This document shows positions 8,868 to 18,085 of a DNA stretch of 64,000 nucleotides, in pieces. The stretch covers positions 1,877 through 65,876 of the forward strand of contig JAWBMD010000001.1 in assembly GCA_039000985.1 (NCBI GenBank). The letters run 5' to 3'. A program made the position numbers and the translations under genes. The notes under the pieces were generated by a model. That model was not told where the DNA came from, did no database searches, and was given only the letters and a program-made list of their open reading frames with translations. Within the stretch, counting starts at the first letter, position 1, and the number at the start of each line of letters is the position of its first letter. This DNA is from Candidatus Aenigmatarchaeota archaeon (GTDB lineage Archaea > Aenigmatarchaeota > Aenigmatarchaeia > CG10238-14 > SpSt-28).

Positions 8868-9144
8868 AATACATTATTTAAAATATTTTGTAATAGGAGC
8901 TATTTGCGATGAAGAAATATTAGGAAAAAAGTTGAAGTTTGGGAAAATAGAAGTATATATAAATCCTAGATTTTATCAAGGCTCTTTAATTAATGAGGAA
9001 GAGGCATTAAAAGTAATGAGAAAAATTGATATAGGAAATTTATTTGGTAATAAAATTGTTGATTTGGCAATAAAAAATGGTATAATTGGAGAAAATAATG
9101 TTTTGGTAATAGATGGGATAAAACACGCTCAATTTATAAAATGA
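8833..9144 (+). CDS. Conserved hypothetical protein (DUF424-like, commonly adjacent to aIF2 beta in archaea)
   Basis: Position directly downstream of aIF2beta with overlap. Weak family resemblance only. Confidence 0.35.
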   Translation: MRHVVQAMFWSKIHYLKYFVIGAICDEEILGKKLKFGKIEVYINPRFYQGSLINEEEALKVMRKIDIGNLFGNKIVDLAIKNGIIGENNVLVIDGIKHAQFIK

Positions 9145-9506
9145 AAGGACAATTTTTTATTTTAACTGCAGTTTTCATTGTTTTTATTTTATATGCTCTT
9201 TTCCTTTACTTACAACAATTTTCGTCTATGGATGTTGCCATCTATTTATATTCTGATGAAATTATTTTAATGAGGAACTTATTTGAAAAAATTTACGAGC
9301 TTAATAAAAGTGTTGAAACATGTGCAGAGTTTAGATATTTTTCAAAAGATTTTCTTGAAACTGTTAAAAATAGTTATAAGGATAAATTGATAAGATTGGA
9401 TTATAATATAACAATGGCAAACTATTGTAACAATACTTTTTCAATAGATGTTGCTTCTCCAAAAATAAATTTATCTTCAACTTTTCAAATAAATCGAACT
9501 AAATAG
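9141..9506 (+). CDS. Putative class III signal peptide (archaeal type IV pilin-like) protein
   Basis: MKG|QFFILTAVFIVFILYALFLY: short basic n-region ending in KG followed by Q+1 and a long hydrophobic stretch. Confidence 0.4.
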   Translation: MKGQFFILTAVFIVFILYALFLYLQQFSSMDVAIYLYSDEIILMRNLFEKIYELNKSVETCAEFRYFSKDFLETVKNSYKDKLIRLDYNITMANYCNNTFSIDVASPKINLSSTFQINRTK

Positions 9507-10242
9507 AAATTAATAATAAAAAGTTTCTTGTTGATGTAGCAGCACCCAAGCTTGCTATAACTAGTTTTAAATAATTTTTTTGTAATTTTGTTAGCTTTTC
9601 TTTATCTATTAAAAAAACTATTAAAAATGCAGCAAACAGTTTAATAAAAATAAAGCTTTCTGGCAGTATTGAAAAAAAGAAATTTGCAAGTAAATGTTGT
9701 TCAGCTAATTTTTCTGAGAAAAATTTTATTGATATGTATGCAGTAATAGCATCTAAATACTGAGTAAAAATAATAGCTTTATTAGATAAGCTTATTTTAA
9801 CATTATTTAAAACAAAAATTAATGGTAAAAGAAAGAAGAAAACTAGTGAAAATCCATAATAGTTTTTTAAGTGCGGAACTAGAAAAGATAATGGTATCAT
9901 ACACAAAAAAATTCCTGAATATAAAAAGAACTTTTCTCCAATTTTTTTACTTATTAATAAAAATGTAAGTGTTATTAAAGCAGTAAAAATCCAGATGTTT
10001 GGTGTTACAAAAAGTATAGAATTTATAATTCCTAAATCAACCAAAACTCTAACAGAGGAACCAAAAAGTATATAAAAAAATATTGAAAGAGAAAATTTCT
10101 TATCAATTTTAACTTTTAATTTTTTTAGTATTTTATATATTAAAAAAACAGCTACTAAAGCTATTATTCCAAGAACAAAAGTTTTTTCAAATGTATAACC
10201 TTCTTTTAAAGGATTTGTAAAATATTCAATTGGATTTTTCAT
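9499..10242 (-). CDS. Polytopic membrane protein, unknown function
   Basis: About 7 predicted TM segments. Co-oriented and overlapping with the primase gene. Confidence 0.4.
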   Translation of the reverse strand: MKNPIEYFTNPLKEGYTFEKTFVLGIIALVAVFLIYKILKKLKVKIDKKFSLSIFFYILFGSSVRVLVDLGIINSILFVTPNIWIFTALITLTFLLISKKIGEKFFLYSGIFLCMIPLSFLVPHLKNYYGFSLVFFFLLPLIFVLNNVKISLSNKAIIFTQYLDAITAYISIKFFSEKLAEQHLLANFFFSILPESFIFIKLFAAFLIVFLIDKEKLTKLQKNYLKLVIASLGAATSTRNFLLLISI

Positions 10243-11506
10243 TTTTCATTTTTCTAAATGGATAATTTAATGGGTTTTTTATTTTTTTGTTTTCACATAT
10301 TTCATCTGGTTTACAAAATTTTGTATCATCATAATATTCAGCTCTATTGCAGGAAGGTAATACATATGCTTCTTCTCTTCTTTCCAAATAATATTTAGCT
10401 TGCGATGCTACATATCTGCTAGGTAAAGGATTAACATTTTTTTCATTCCATTTTTCAATTATTTCAATTATTTTTTCATTTGTGTAGCCACATCTTTTTA
10501 AAAAATTTACTAATAAAAATAATCCTCTTTTTCTCCCATCTTCTAATCCATTTAATATAGTTTTTATACAAGGTGGAAAATATTTTTGTGGAATTTCTTT
10601 TCTCATTTTTCTTTCACTTTTTTTGCTTTTAATATCTTTCAAAACATCAAATTTATCTTTGTTTTTTTCAAACCAATCTAAAGCTTCAATTAAAAATATT
10701 TCTGCATCATGCTCTTCTTTAAAATAAAGATTTTCAACTTTTACTTTTTCTACAGATGCTTTTGTTTTATCAAATTTTTCCAAATCTTTATACTCAACAG
10801 GAGTACTAACTAGCAAAGTTTTTTCATGAAGGGAATAAAATGATCTATATAAATGTCTATGAGAAAATACATCAAAATTTACTATTGAGTAAGGATTGAA
10901 TTCATTATTTTCTAATAGCTCATTTATTGTTTTATTATAAATTTCACATAGATCGGAAATATCAAATTTTGATAAAATTGATGCAGATATTAAATCTTTC
11001 GAATAATATTTCAAATATTCTATTAAAATTCTGTAAATGTCGGGAAACATTCTTGTTATTTCTATAGAGTTAACTTTTTTTGGAAATGATTCATAAGGTA
11101 TAAAAATGTGAAAAGATTTTCCGCCCGAAAATTTAATTATAAAGTTTTTTATTCCATGATCCTTTAAGCTTTCAATTATTGCTTTCACAACTTCTTTAGC
11201 CACTAAAAAATCTTTTGTGTCCGGATCTATAACAAAATCAAAGCCGATTCTCAAGTTATTCAAATCTTCTTTATTCATACCAGCTCTTAACATGCTTACA
11301 TTTAACCATCTTTCAATTGAACAATGAAATGAAACAGCGTTAGAATTTACAAGCTCTATTATATCTTGCTCATATTGTAAAGTGAATGGTCTTTTTCCAA
11401 AACTTCCATCTAAAAACATTGGTATGAACTCTCTATTTTTTGAAAAATTTAGCAAGAATTCCATAACATCTTTTCTCAAATACCAACTTTCAATAATTTT
11501 TTTCAT
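10226..11506 (-). CDS. priS: DNA primase, fused catalytic PriS domain plus PriL C-terminal-like domain
   Basis: N-terminal AEP motifs (GFDFVIDPD; FSGGKSFHIFIP matching SGxRGxH). C-terminal YFPPCIKTILNGLEDGRKRGLFLLVNFL matches the PPCM motif of PriL-CTD, with additional Cys. Confidence 0.7.
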   Translation of the reverse strand: MKKIIESWYLRKDVMEFLLNFSKNREFIPMFLDGSFGKRPFTLQYEQDIIELVNSNAVSFHCSIERWLNVSMLRAGMNKEDLNNLRIGFDFVIDPDTKDFLVAKEVVKAIIESLKDHGIKNFIIKFSGGKSFHIFIPYESFPKKVNSIEITRMFPDIYRILIEYLKYYSKDLISASILSKFDISDLCEIYNKTINELLENNEFNPYSIVNFDVFSHRHLYRSFYSLHEKTLLVSTPVEYKDLEKFDKTKASVEKVKVENLYFKEEHDAEIFLIEALDWFEKNKDKFDVLKDIKSKKSERKMRKEIPQKYFPPCIKTILNGLEDGRKRGLFLLVNFLKRCGYTNEKIIEIIEKWNEKNVNPLPSRYVASQAKYYLERREEAYVLPSCNRAEYYDDTKFCKPDEICENKKIKNPLNYPFRKMKNEKSN

Positions 11507-11754
11507 TTTTTCTTCAAGCTTTCTATTATGAATTCTTTATTGCAATTGCTACACTTAAAAGTTTTTGGTTTCCCAATTTTAATTTCTATTTCCTTTATTT
11601 CTTGATAACGACAATTGCATAAATATTCAACTTTAGCATATTTATCTTTTTTAAACTTAACTATTACAATATTATCTCTTTTAGTGAAAAAGTCACAATC
11701 TTCAGTTATCTTCACTTTATTTTTCATCATTTCCTCTATAATTTTACTCTTCAC
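11503..11754 (-). CDS. Small zinc-ribbon protein, co-transcribed upstream of primase
   Basis: CNCRYQ...FKCSNC motif. 4-nt overlap with the primase start. Confidence 0.4.
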   Translation of the reverse strand: MKSKIIEEMMKNKVKITEDCDFFTKRDNIVIVKFKKDKYAKVEYLCNCRYQEIKEIEIKIGKPKTFKCSNCNKEFIIESLKKK

Positions 11755-11758
11755 AAAT

Positions 11759-12259
11759 CTATTTTGGAAATATAAAAATAATTACTAGAAATGCCAAAAT
11801 TGCTAAAACATATATTATGAATTCGATAGGAATTCTCGTTAAACGAGACATTTCACTAATGAATTCAATTCTTTGAATAATTTCCAATGATTGAAATATA
11901 ATTATTACACATAATACAGCAACTCCGATAGATGTTAACCACCCTTTATTAGAGGCAGATAAAACAGATATTAGAGCAAATGAGAACAATGTAGCTAGAA
12001 TAATAAAGTTAGTAATTTCTGAATATGCAGGTAATACATTTTCCAATAGTTTTGATAATGGTGGATAAACTAACATAATTAGTATGAAAAAAACAACTAT
12101 TCCTATTAAAGCTCTAACAATTTCTTTTCTTCTTATCGCATCTATTGTAGCAAGGGCAAAAGGTATTAGTAATAAAGATTCATTACTTCTACCACTAAAT
12201 AATAGAAATAAAACTATAGTAAGTACTATTATAGCAAGCAATAAATCTTTTATACCCAC
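11759..12259 (-). CDS. Membrane protein, unknown
   Basis: Multiple hydrophobic segments. Confidence 0.35.
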   Translation of the reverse strand: MGIKDLLLAIIVLTIVLFLLFSGRSNESLLLIPFALATIDAIRRKEIVRALIGIVVFFILIMLVYPPLSKLLENVLPAYSEITNFIILATLFSFALISVLSASNKGWLTSIGVAVLCVIIIFQSLEIIQRIEFISEMSRLTRIPIEFIIYVLAILAFLVIIFIFPK

Positions 12260-12262
12260 AAA

Positions 12263-12736
12263 TTATTTTTCTTTTTTTAATTCATTTAGCAATCTTTCTA
12301 AGGTTTTTGTGTCCACTCCCCATGTTCTTTTCCATTTTTTATAGCTAACTTTAAATATTAGTATATCTTCAGTCATATCCCAAAGTAAATTTGATATAGG
12401 AGCCAAAAATATTATTCCTATATTTCTAAAATCATAAACAATTAAAAAAAGAGAAGTTAGGGAAAGAATTGAAAGGAAGAAGAAATTATGAAAAGGATAA
12501 GAAATTCTTACTCTTGTAAATTCCAAAAATGCTTTTAGCTTGAATTTTTTAAGCACCATTAAATGATCTAGATCTATCAAAATCGTGGCAATATACATTA
12601 TTAAATAGTCATAAATGGGAAAATCAAATACCCAAATCTTTATTGTATACCCTATAAGTGAAAATTTAGAAAGAAAGGTTATTATATGGACAATGAAAAA
12701 ATGAATAAACCAATGAATTAAAATATATGTGTACAT
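12263..12736 (-). CDS. Membrane protein, possibly DUF457/YdjM-like metal-dependent membrane hydrolase
   Basis: TM helices with HxxxH...DLDH-type residues. Weak. Confidence 0.3.
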   Translation of the reverse strand: MYTYILIHWFIHFFIVHIITFLSKFSLIGYTIKIWVFDFPIYDYLIMYIATILIDLDHLMVLKKFKLKAFLEFTRVRISYPFHNFFFLSILSLTSLFLIVYDFRNIGIIFLAPISNLLWDMTEDILIFKVSYKKWKRTWGVDTKTLERLLNELKKEK

Positions 12737-12747
12737 AATTTATATTT

Positions 12748-13068
12748 ATGAAAATAATAAAAGAAGAATTAATAACAAACGTTGAAGCTCTTGATATAGT
12801 TAAAAAAAGTAGTGGTGAAAAGTATTATAAAAGATTATCTGCTGAAAATCTGGAAAAATTTTATAAAGATATAGATGTTAAAAAAATGAAAAATCTTAAA
12901 GAAGAACTTACTTCCTTAGGTTTTTTAAGAAAAGAACAAATAATAAGTTTAATAAATGTTTTACCCGAGGATAAAAATGATATTCTTCTTGTTTTAGGTA
13001 AAGAGGTGAAAAACTTTACGGAAGAGCAAATTGAAAAAATATTCGAGATAATTAAGAAGTACATATAA
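12748..13068 (+). CDS. rpoF: DNA-directed RNA polymerase subunit F (Rpo4/RpoF)-like
   Basis: 106-aa helical protein with an Rpb4-like pattern. Followed by a DUF655 gene, a conserved archaeal neighbourhood. Confidence 0.5.
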   Translation: MKIIKEELITNVEALDIVKKSSGEKYYKRLSAENLEKFYKDIDVKKMKNLKEELTSLGFLRKEQIISLINVLPEDKNDILLVLGKEVKNFTEEQIEKIFEIIKKYI

Positions 13069-13073
13069 GCAAT

Positions 13074-13619
13074 ATGCTGATTAAAGTAAAGGACGAAAAT
13101 GCTATAGTGTTAGATTTCTTACCTTTTGGAAAAGGAATAGAAAGAAAAGGTAGTCCTATAGCTCAAGTTATTGGTGAAAAGTTCTTTTCTTTATTGGAAG
13201 TAGGCATAAGGGAAAATGTTACTGTTAAACCATTTGATAAAGTTTATATTGGTAGTGAAAAAAGGGAGCATGTCAAGTTCATTAAAGATAGGATAAACTA
13301 TAACCAGCTAACCTCATTAGCCAAAACAAATTTGGATATAGTTTTGGATAATATAATTACAGATGAAAAAATTCTGGAATTTTTTAATAAAGCCCCTTCG
13401 ATATCAACAAGATTACATAGCATAGAGCTTTTAAAAGGTATAGGTAAAAAAACTTTATTGGTAATATTAAATGAAAGGAGCAAAATGCCATTTAAAGATA
13501 TAGAAGATTTGAAAAAGAGAACTGGTATTGCAAATCCAAAAAAAATTATTAAAGAAAGAATTATTGATGAATTAAAAGAAGTTGATAGATATAAATTTTT
13601 CGTAGGTGTTCAGATCTAA
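13074..13619 (+). CDS. DUF655/COG1491 predicted nucleic-acid-binding OB-fold protein
   Basis: Family pattern and conserved position after rpoF. Confidence 0.45.
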   Translation: MLIKVKDENAIVLDFLPFGKGIERKGSPIAQVIGEKFFSLLEVGIRENVTVKPFDKVYIGSEKREHVKFIKDRINYNQLTSLAKTNLDIVLDNIITDEKILEFFNKAPSISTRLHSIELLKGIGKKTLLVILNERSKMPFKDIEDLKKRTGIANPKKIIKERIIDELKEVDRYKFFVGVQI

Positions 13620-14412
13620 AATTTATTTCATTGGTATGGGTGGTTCGGGAATAGTTGGCGATTTAATGAAAGTTATTTTGGAAAAGAAAAAATATGAAGT
13701 TAATGTAATAAAAGATTATAATTTACCAAGTTTTATAAATAAGAATGCAAATGTTTTTTTCATAAGTTATTCTGGTAATACATATGAAACCTTATCTTGT
13801 ATAAAGCAAGCAATTAAAAGAGGTTTGAGAAAAATAGTTGTTGTGACATCTAATGGCAAATTAGAGCAAATTGCGATGAAAAATAAATTTAAAATAATAA
13901 AAGTAAGAAAAGGTTTGCTTCCAAGGGAAGCTATTTTCAATATGCTTTTTCCATTGTTAAAACTTTTTAAAGTTAAATTTAAGGATAGGAATTATGATTT
14001 TTCTTCTTTTGATTTTTTGTTGGATATAATAAATGAAAGCTTAAGAGTTTTTGCTATAACAGAATATTATCCAATAGCTTTAAGAATGGTGAATCAATTT
14101 AATGAGAATTGCAAGCTTTCTTTTATAGTTGGTAGTTTTCCAGAAGTTTTACATAATCAAATAGAAGCATTGACAAATAAAAACATATTAATTTTTAGAA
14201 ATGGTGGTGAAAAGTTAATAGATGCATTTAAAGAAGTACTTAAAGAGAAAGCAAATATATATGAAATTATTCCAAAGGAAAAAGAATTTGTTAATAAAAT
14301 TATTTATTTGCTAAAGCTTGTTGATTATCTTAGCATAAAATATGCCACTAAAAATAACATAGATTATAAAAAGACTCCATTCATAGATAACTATAAAGCT
14401 CTTTTGCACTAA
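13606..14412 (+). CDS. SIS-domain bifunctional phosphoglucose/phosphomannose isomerase family protein
   Basis: IGMGGSGIVGDL and ISYSGNTYET signatures. Confidence 0.65.
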   Translation: MFRSKIYFIGMGGSGIVGDLMKVILEKKKYEVNVIKDYNLPSFINKNANVFFISYSGNTYETLSCIKQAIKRGLRKIVVVTSNGKLEQIAMKNKFKIIKVRKGLLPREAIFNMLFPLLKLFKVKFKDRNYDFSSFDFLLDIINESLRVFAITEYYPIALRMVNQFNENCKLSFIVGSFPEVLHNQIEALTNKNILIFRNGGEKLIDAFKEVLKEKANIYEIIPKEKEFVNKIIYLLKLVDYLSIKYATKNNIDYKKTPFIDNYKALLH

Positions 14413-14516
14413 TTAATTTATTCAACATAGAAGCAAAATGCTTAAAAAGTCTAATGTAATCATTTATAAATGAAACAAGACAAGATAAGGCTCTAAAAGT
14501 CTTGACTCAAATTAGT

Positions 14517-14755
14517 TTAACCTCCCTTATAAATTCTCAAAAGTCTTTCATAAATACTTTCATCGGAATTGCATTCTGTTCCGTTTTCAAGAACAAATAC
14601 CCCTTCGCCTAATAGCTTTAATTTTTGTGTTTTATTGTATCTACACATTCTTCCAGTACTATTTTAGTAGCCAATAGAAGCAGAAATATAAATCTCCCTA
14701 TTTTTGAAGATCCTCCACTGTAAACAACTACAAATTTTGTTTCTTTTTTAACCAT
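14517..14755 (-). pseudogene. Decayed remnant of a PP-loop ATPase gene (MJ0570/Dph6-like)
   Basis: Minus-strand frame gives MVKKETKFVVVYSGGSSKIG... (degenerate SGGxDS PP-loop). A second frame gives KLLGEGVFVLENG..., resembling the family's C-terminal GEGGEFETFVLD. No intact ORF remains, and this intergenic region looks less AT-rich. Confidence 0.4.
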
Positions 14756-15420
14756 TTTATAACCTCTGGTAATTGCTTAATTGAAGAAATATAATAATCA
14801 GCGTTTGTATTTTTTAATCCTATTGTTATAAAACCATATTTCTTAGCTCCGATTAGTTCATCACTATCATGTCCTAAAAATATTTTATTTTTTCTATTTT
14901 TGAAAATTTTGAAAAGTTCTGGCTTTTCCATTTTATACGTGTTAGAGGTATATATTTTTTTAAAGTATTTTTCTATTTTTAATATCTTAAGAATTCTTTT
15001 TACTTCTCTAACTGAATAAACACTATCTCTTATACCAATTATTTCTATCCCAATTTTTTTTAGTTTTTGAAGAACTAATTTAGAATGTTTATAGAGCTTA
15101 ATGTACTTTTTCATGTTTTCAAACTCAAATTTTATATATGCTCTTGCTAATTTTTTGTAATTTTTAGGATCTATATTTTCAAGATATTTTTCTATAGCAT
15201 CTCTGTATTTTAACTTCCCCTTTCTAGCTGCTTTTGCAAGATTCGGAAATATTTCTTTATCAATCTTTTCTACCAATTTTAAGTTTATTTTATATTTTTT
15301 GAAGAAGTTATCAGTTAATTTTTTATATATTTTTTCGTCTTTGAAGATCCAAATTCCAATAACATCAGAAAATAGTGTAACCTTTTTCATTTTCAAATAT
15401 TTAGATAAATTTTGGAACAC
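14728..15420 (-). CDS. HAD-superfamily hydrolase-like protein
   Basis: Motif IV-like GHDSDELIGAKKYG, K of motif III (MEKPE), N-terminal LFSDVIG (motif I with one Asp missing). Confidence 0.45.
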   Translation of the reverse strand: MFQNLSKYLKMKKVTLFSDVIGIWIFKDEKIYKKLTDNFFKKYKINLKLVEKIDKEIFPNLAKAARKGKLKYRDAIEKYLENIDPKNYKKLARAYIKFEFENMKKYIKLYKHSKLVLQKLKKIGIEIIGIRDSVYSVREVKRILKILKIEKYFKKIYTSNTYKMEKPELFKIFKNRKNKIFLGHDSDELIGAKKYGFITIGLKNTNADYYISSIKQLPEVIKWLKKKQNL

Positions 15421-15700
15421 CTATTCCAAACTTATAGAAAAATAAGTTACATCTCTTTCTAGCTAGTTTTTCTGTATCAATACTTTTACCAAAGTAGCTA
15501 AATTTGTTTAGACAAACATAAGCTCCCCACATTAAATAAGTTGGTAAATTAATAGGATTGTTTTTAACATAAAATTCTTGGGGTTCGGAAGTAATAATTT
15601 TGTAAGTTTTGGTAGCAAAAATTTTTATAACAATTTCCTTATCAGGATTCATACTTGTTTTTGGAATGATGCTTTTGAATTTATAATGAATGTTCACCAT
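15401..15700 (-). CDS. Hypothetical protein
   Basis: ORF only. Confidence 0.25.
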   Translation of the reverse strand: MVNIHYKFKSIIPKTSMNPDKEIVIKIFATKTYKIITSEPQEFYVKNNPINLPTYLMWGAYVCLNKFSYFGKSIDTEKLARKRCNLFFYKFGIGVPKFI

Positions 15701-15860
15701 AATGGAGTATTATAATCTAAAGGAATTAAAGTCTAATTAACATACTTTATTGCACCAAAAATCTTACTAAAAAGCTGGCTCAATTTAATTTTTTATAGAT
15801 AATACTGATGTAAATTAAACCAAGCTTGAAATCAAGATAGAATTAGCTCATTTTCTGGTC

Positions 15861-16112
15861 TTGAAATCAAAATTAAAAATTTATTTAAATAATCTTATCC
15901 AATTAAGATATATGCGAGAATTATTATGGATTTCTAAGCATCAAAAAGAAATGAAAAAATATAGTGGAAAATGGGTTGCTTTAACAGATAAAGGATTAAT
16001 TGCTGCTGGAGATTCTCTTTCGGAAGTTAGTGAAGTTGTGAAGAAACGAGGTATAAAGGATGTTATGTTCATGAAAATTCCTCGAAAAGATGAAGATATG
16101 AGTATACTGTGA
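15861..16112 (+). CDS. Small hypothetical protein (DUF5678-like; real start probably the internal Met MRELL)
   Basis: KYSGKWVALTDKGLIAAGDSLSEV pattern. Confidence 0.3.
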   Translation: MKSKLKIYLNNLIQLRYMRELLWISKHQKEMKKYSGKWVALTDKGLIAAGDSLSEVSEVVKKRGIKDVMFMKIPRKDEDMSIL

Positions 16113-16409
16113 AATTTCCCTATTTCTATTTTCGTGGTTATTATTTTCCTGTAATTCCAGTAATTATTTCCAATTGTAATTGTATAAGCTATGAAATATT
16201 TTCTAAACGAGTTTTTCCATAATTTTCATATGTAGTTTATTTCTTCTGCAATTTCTTTCCTTTTTTTCTCAAAAATAAAATTTCAACATAGAGTAATATC
16301 TATATAATGTCGATGACTTTAATCTTATTTCAATTTAAATTTTAATGAGGAACTATGCATATCATAAATCCTCTATTAATTTTCATAGACATATAGTTTT
16401 TTTTAGCAT

Positions 16410-17525
16410 TTAGTGACTCCATTCTCTCTTTCCTTTTAACCATTCGTAACTAGTTTGAAAAAATCCCTTAATTGCGGCTATAGTGTTCATAGTTCGTAAC
16501 AAGTAATAATAAGGTAAACTTTTGGCTACTTTTTTAACCATTTTTAGCTTGTTTGCATGATATAAATTTGGAACTAATAGAGAAAGAGAATCCATAATTA
16601 GAAATGAAGTTCCCCAATCTGGATAAAAATAAAGAAGTAAAGGTAAAGAAAGCCAAAATAAAGAGAATATCAAGTTTTCACCTACTTGCAACCATACTGT
16701 AGTTGCTAACCTAGGCTTTTTTCCTTTAACAATATTTTCTCCATGGATATAAAGATTCTGCCACATACCACTATACCATCTATTGAGTTGAGATAAAAGT
16801 GACCTAAAATTTTTTGGTTCTTTTGTATAAGCGATTGCTTCTGGCCAATAAATTATATCATATCCTCTTTCCTGAAAAAACCATGTTAAATCTGTATCTT
16901 CGGTAACACTTCTCCTTGGTATTCCATATTCTTTAAGTAATTTTGTTCTAAAAGCTGATGCACAACCAGCAACTGTATAAAGGGCACGACGATTAGATTG
17001 CCCAACTTTTCTAAAATACTGATAATAAATATATTCAACTAATCTTGCATTTTCTATAAAAGAAAATTCACTTTTTTGTGAAAATATAGTACCTGTAGCA
17101 CCTGCAACCTTTTCATCACTAAAAGGAGTTCTTATTTCATCTGTGAAATTTTCTTTTAAATAGGTATCTCCATCAACAAATAAAGTAATATAACTTTCAA
17201 CATATTTTAAAGCTTTTGTTATGCTAGCAGTCTTACCTAGACTTTTTTCATTTTCAATTACTTTTACTTTTTGGCTTTCATAGCTTTTTACTATTTCTCC
17301 TGTTTTATCTGTAGATCCATCATTAACCACTATTATTTTTTCTATTTCATAAAGTTGTGAAATAAGGGAATCAAGACATTTTCCAATATTTCTTTCTTCA
17401 TTCCTTGCAGGAACTATAGCTGAAATTGTATAATCTCTTTTTTCAAAGTTTTTACCTTTTTTAAAGTAAAAAATAGAGTCAAGTACATAAGACGGACTGA
17501 ACGAAAATGGAGTTATACTTACCAT
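16410..17525 (-). CDS. Family 2 glycosyltransferase, processive type (QxxRW)
   Basis: NDGSTDKT, DGD and QLNRW motifs. C-terminal TM segments. Confidence 0.8.
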   Translation of the reverse strand: MVSITPFSFSPSYVLDSIFYFKKGKNFEKRDYTISAIVPARNEERNIGKCLDSLISQLYEIEKIIVVNDGSTDKTGEIVKSYESQKVKVIENEKSLGKTASITKALKYVESYITLFVDGDTYLKENFTDEIRTPFSDEKVAGATGTIFSQKSEFSFIENARLVEYIYYQYFRKVGQSNRRALYTVAGCASAFRTKLLKEYGIPRRSVTEDTDLTWFFQERGYDIIYWPEAIAYTKEPKNFRSLLSQLNRWYSGMWQNLYIHGENIVKGKKPRLATTVWLQVGENLIFSLFWLSLPLLLYFYPDWGTSFLIMDSLSLLVPNLYHANKLKMVKKVAKSLPYYYLLRTMNTIAAIKGFFQTSYEWLKGKREWSH

Positions 17526-18014
17526 ACATACATTTAGGAGTAAAAGTTTAAAAATTTTATGAACAAGGATAGAAGTTTTCGCTTTTTATAAGGATTGAAA
17601 AATCTCTATAAGCTCGGGCTTAATTTTTCATTGGTATAAATAAGTTAATATCTACAACTATCACTAATTTACAATTAATTTCATATTCTTTAAACCTTTG
17701 TTAATTGCTATTTTCTTGAACAATTCATATTTTTCACAAACTCTTTGTGTTGAAGAATTTTCCCTTTGCTAGTTATAAGAAAATTTTTAATCTTTTCAAT
17801 GCAGAGCAAATCTCTTGTTTATTAGTTTTCCAATAAAAATTTATTTACTGTTTAATGCAAGAATAATCAGATTTGTTCTTTAAGGTTTTTCATATTTCAG
17901 AAGCTAAATATTTCAAGTTTTTAATAGTGAAGGCAGATTATGGATTGTGTTAAAATGTTAAGTAAAAAGATTATAATGGTTTGTGATAAAGCGCTAATTC
18001 AAAAGATTTATGCT

Positions 18015-18085
18015 TGCGCTAGCCGGGATTCGAACCCGGACCCCAAGCTTGGAAGGCCTGTATCCTACCGTTAGACTACTAGCGC
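18015..18085 (-). tRNA. tRNA-Gly (anticodon UCC)
   Basis: Acceptor GCGCTAG/CTAGCGC, anticodon stem CAGGC/GCTTG, loop CTTCCAA, T-arm CCGGG-TTCGAAT-CCCGG. 71 nt. Confidence 0.8.

Noticed and set aside
14728-15420. The HAD-like protein's true start and activity. Motif I reads LFSDVIG rather than DxDG.
   Set aside because: I cannot decide from sequence alone whether this is an inactive HAD paralogue or a misaligned motif. Reported as a low-confidence HAD call only.
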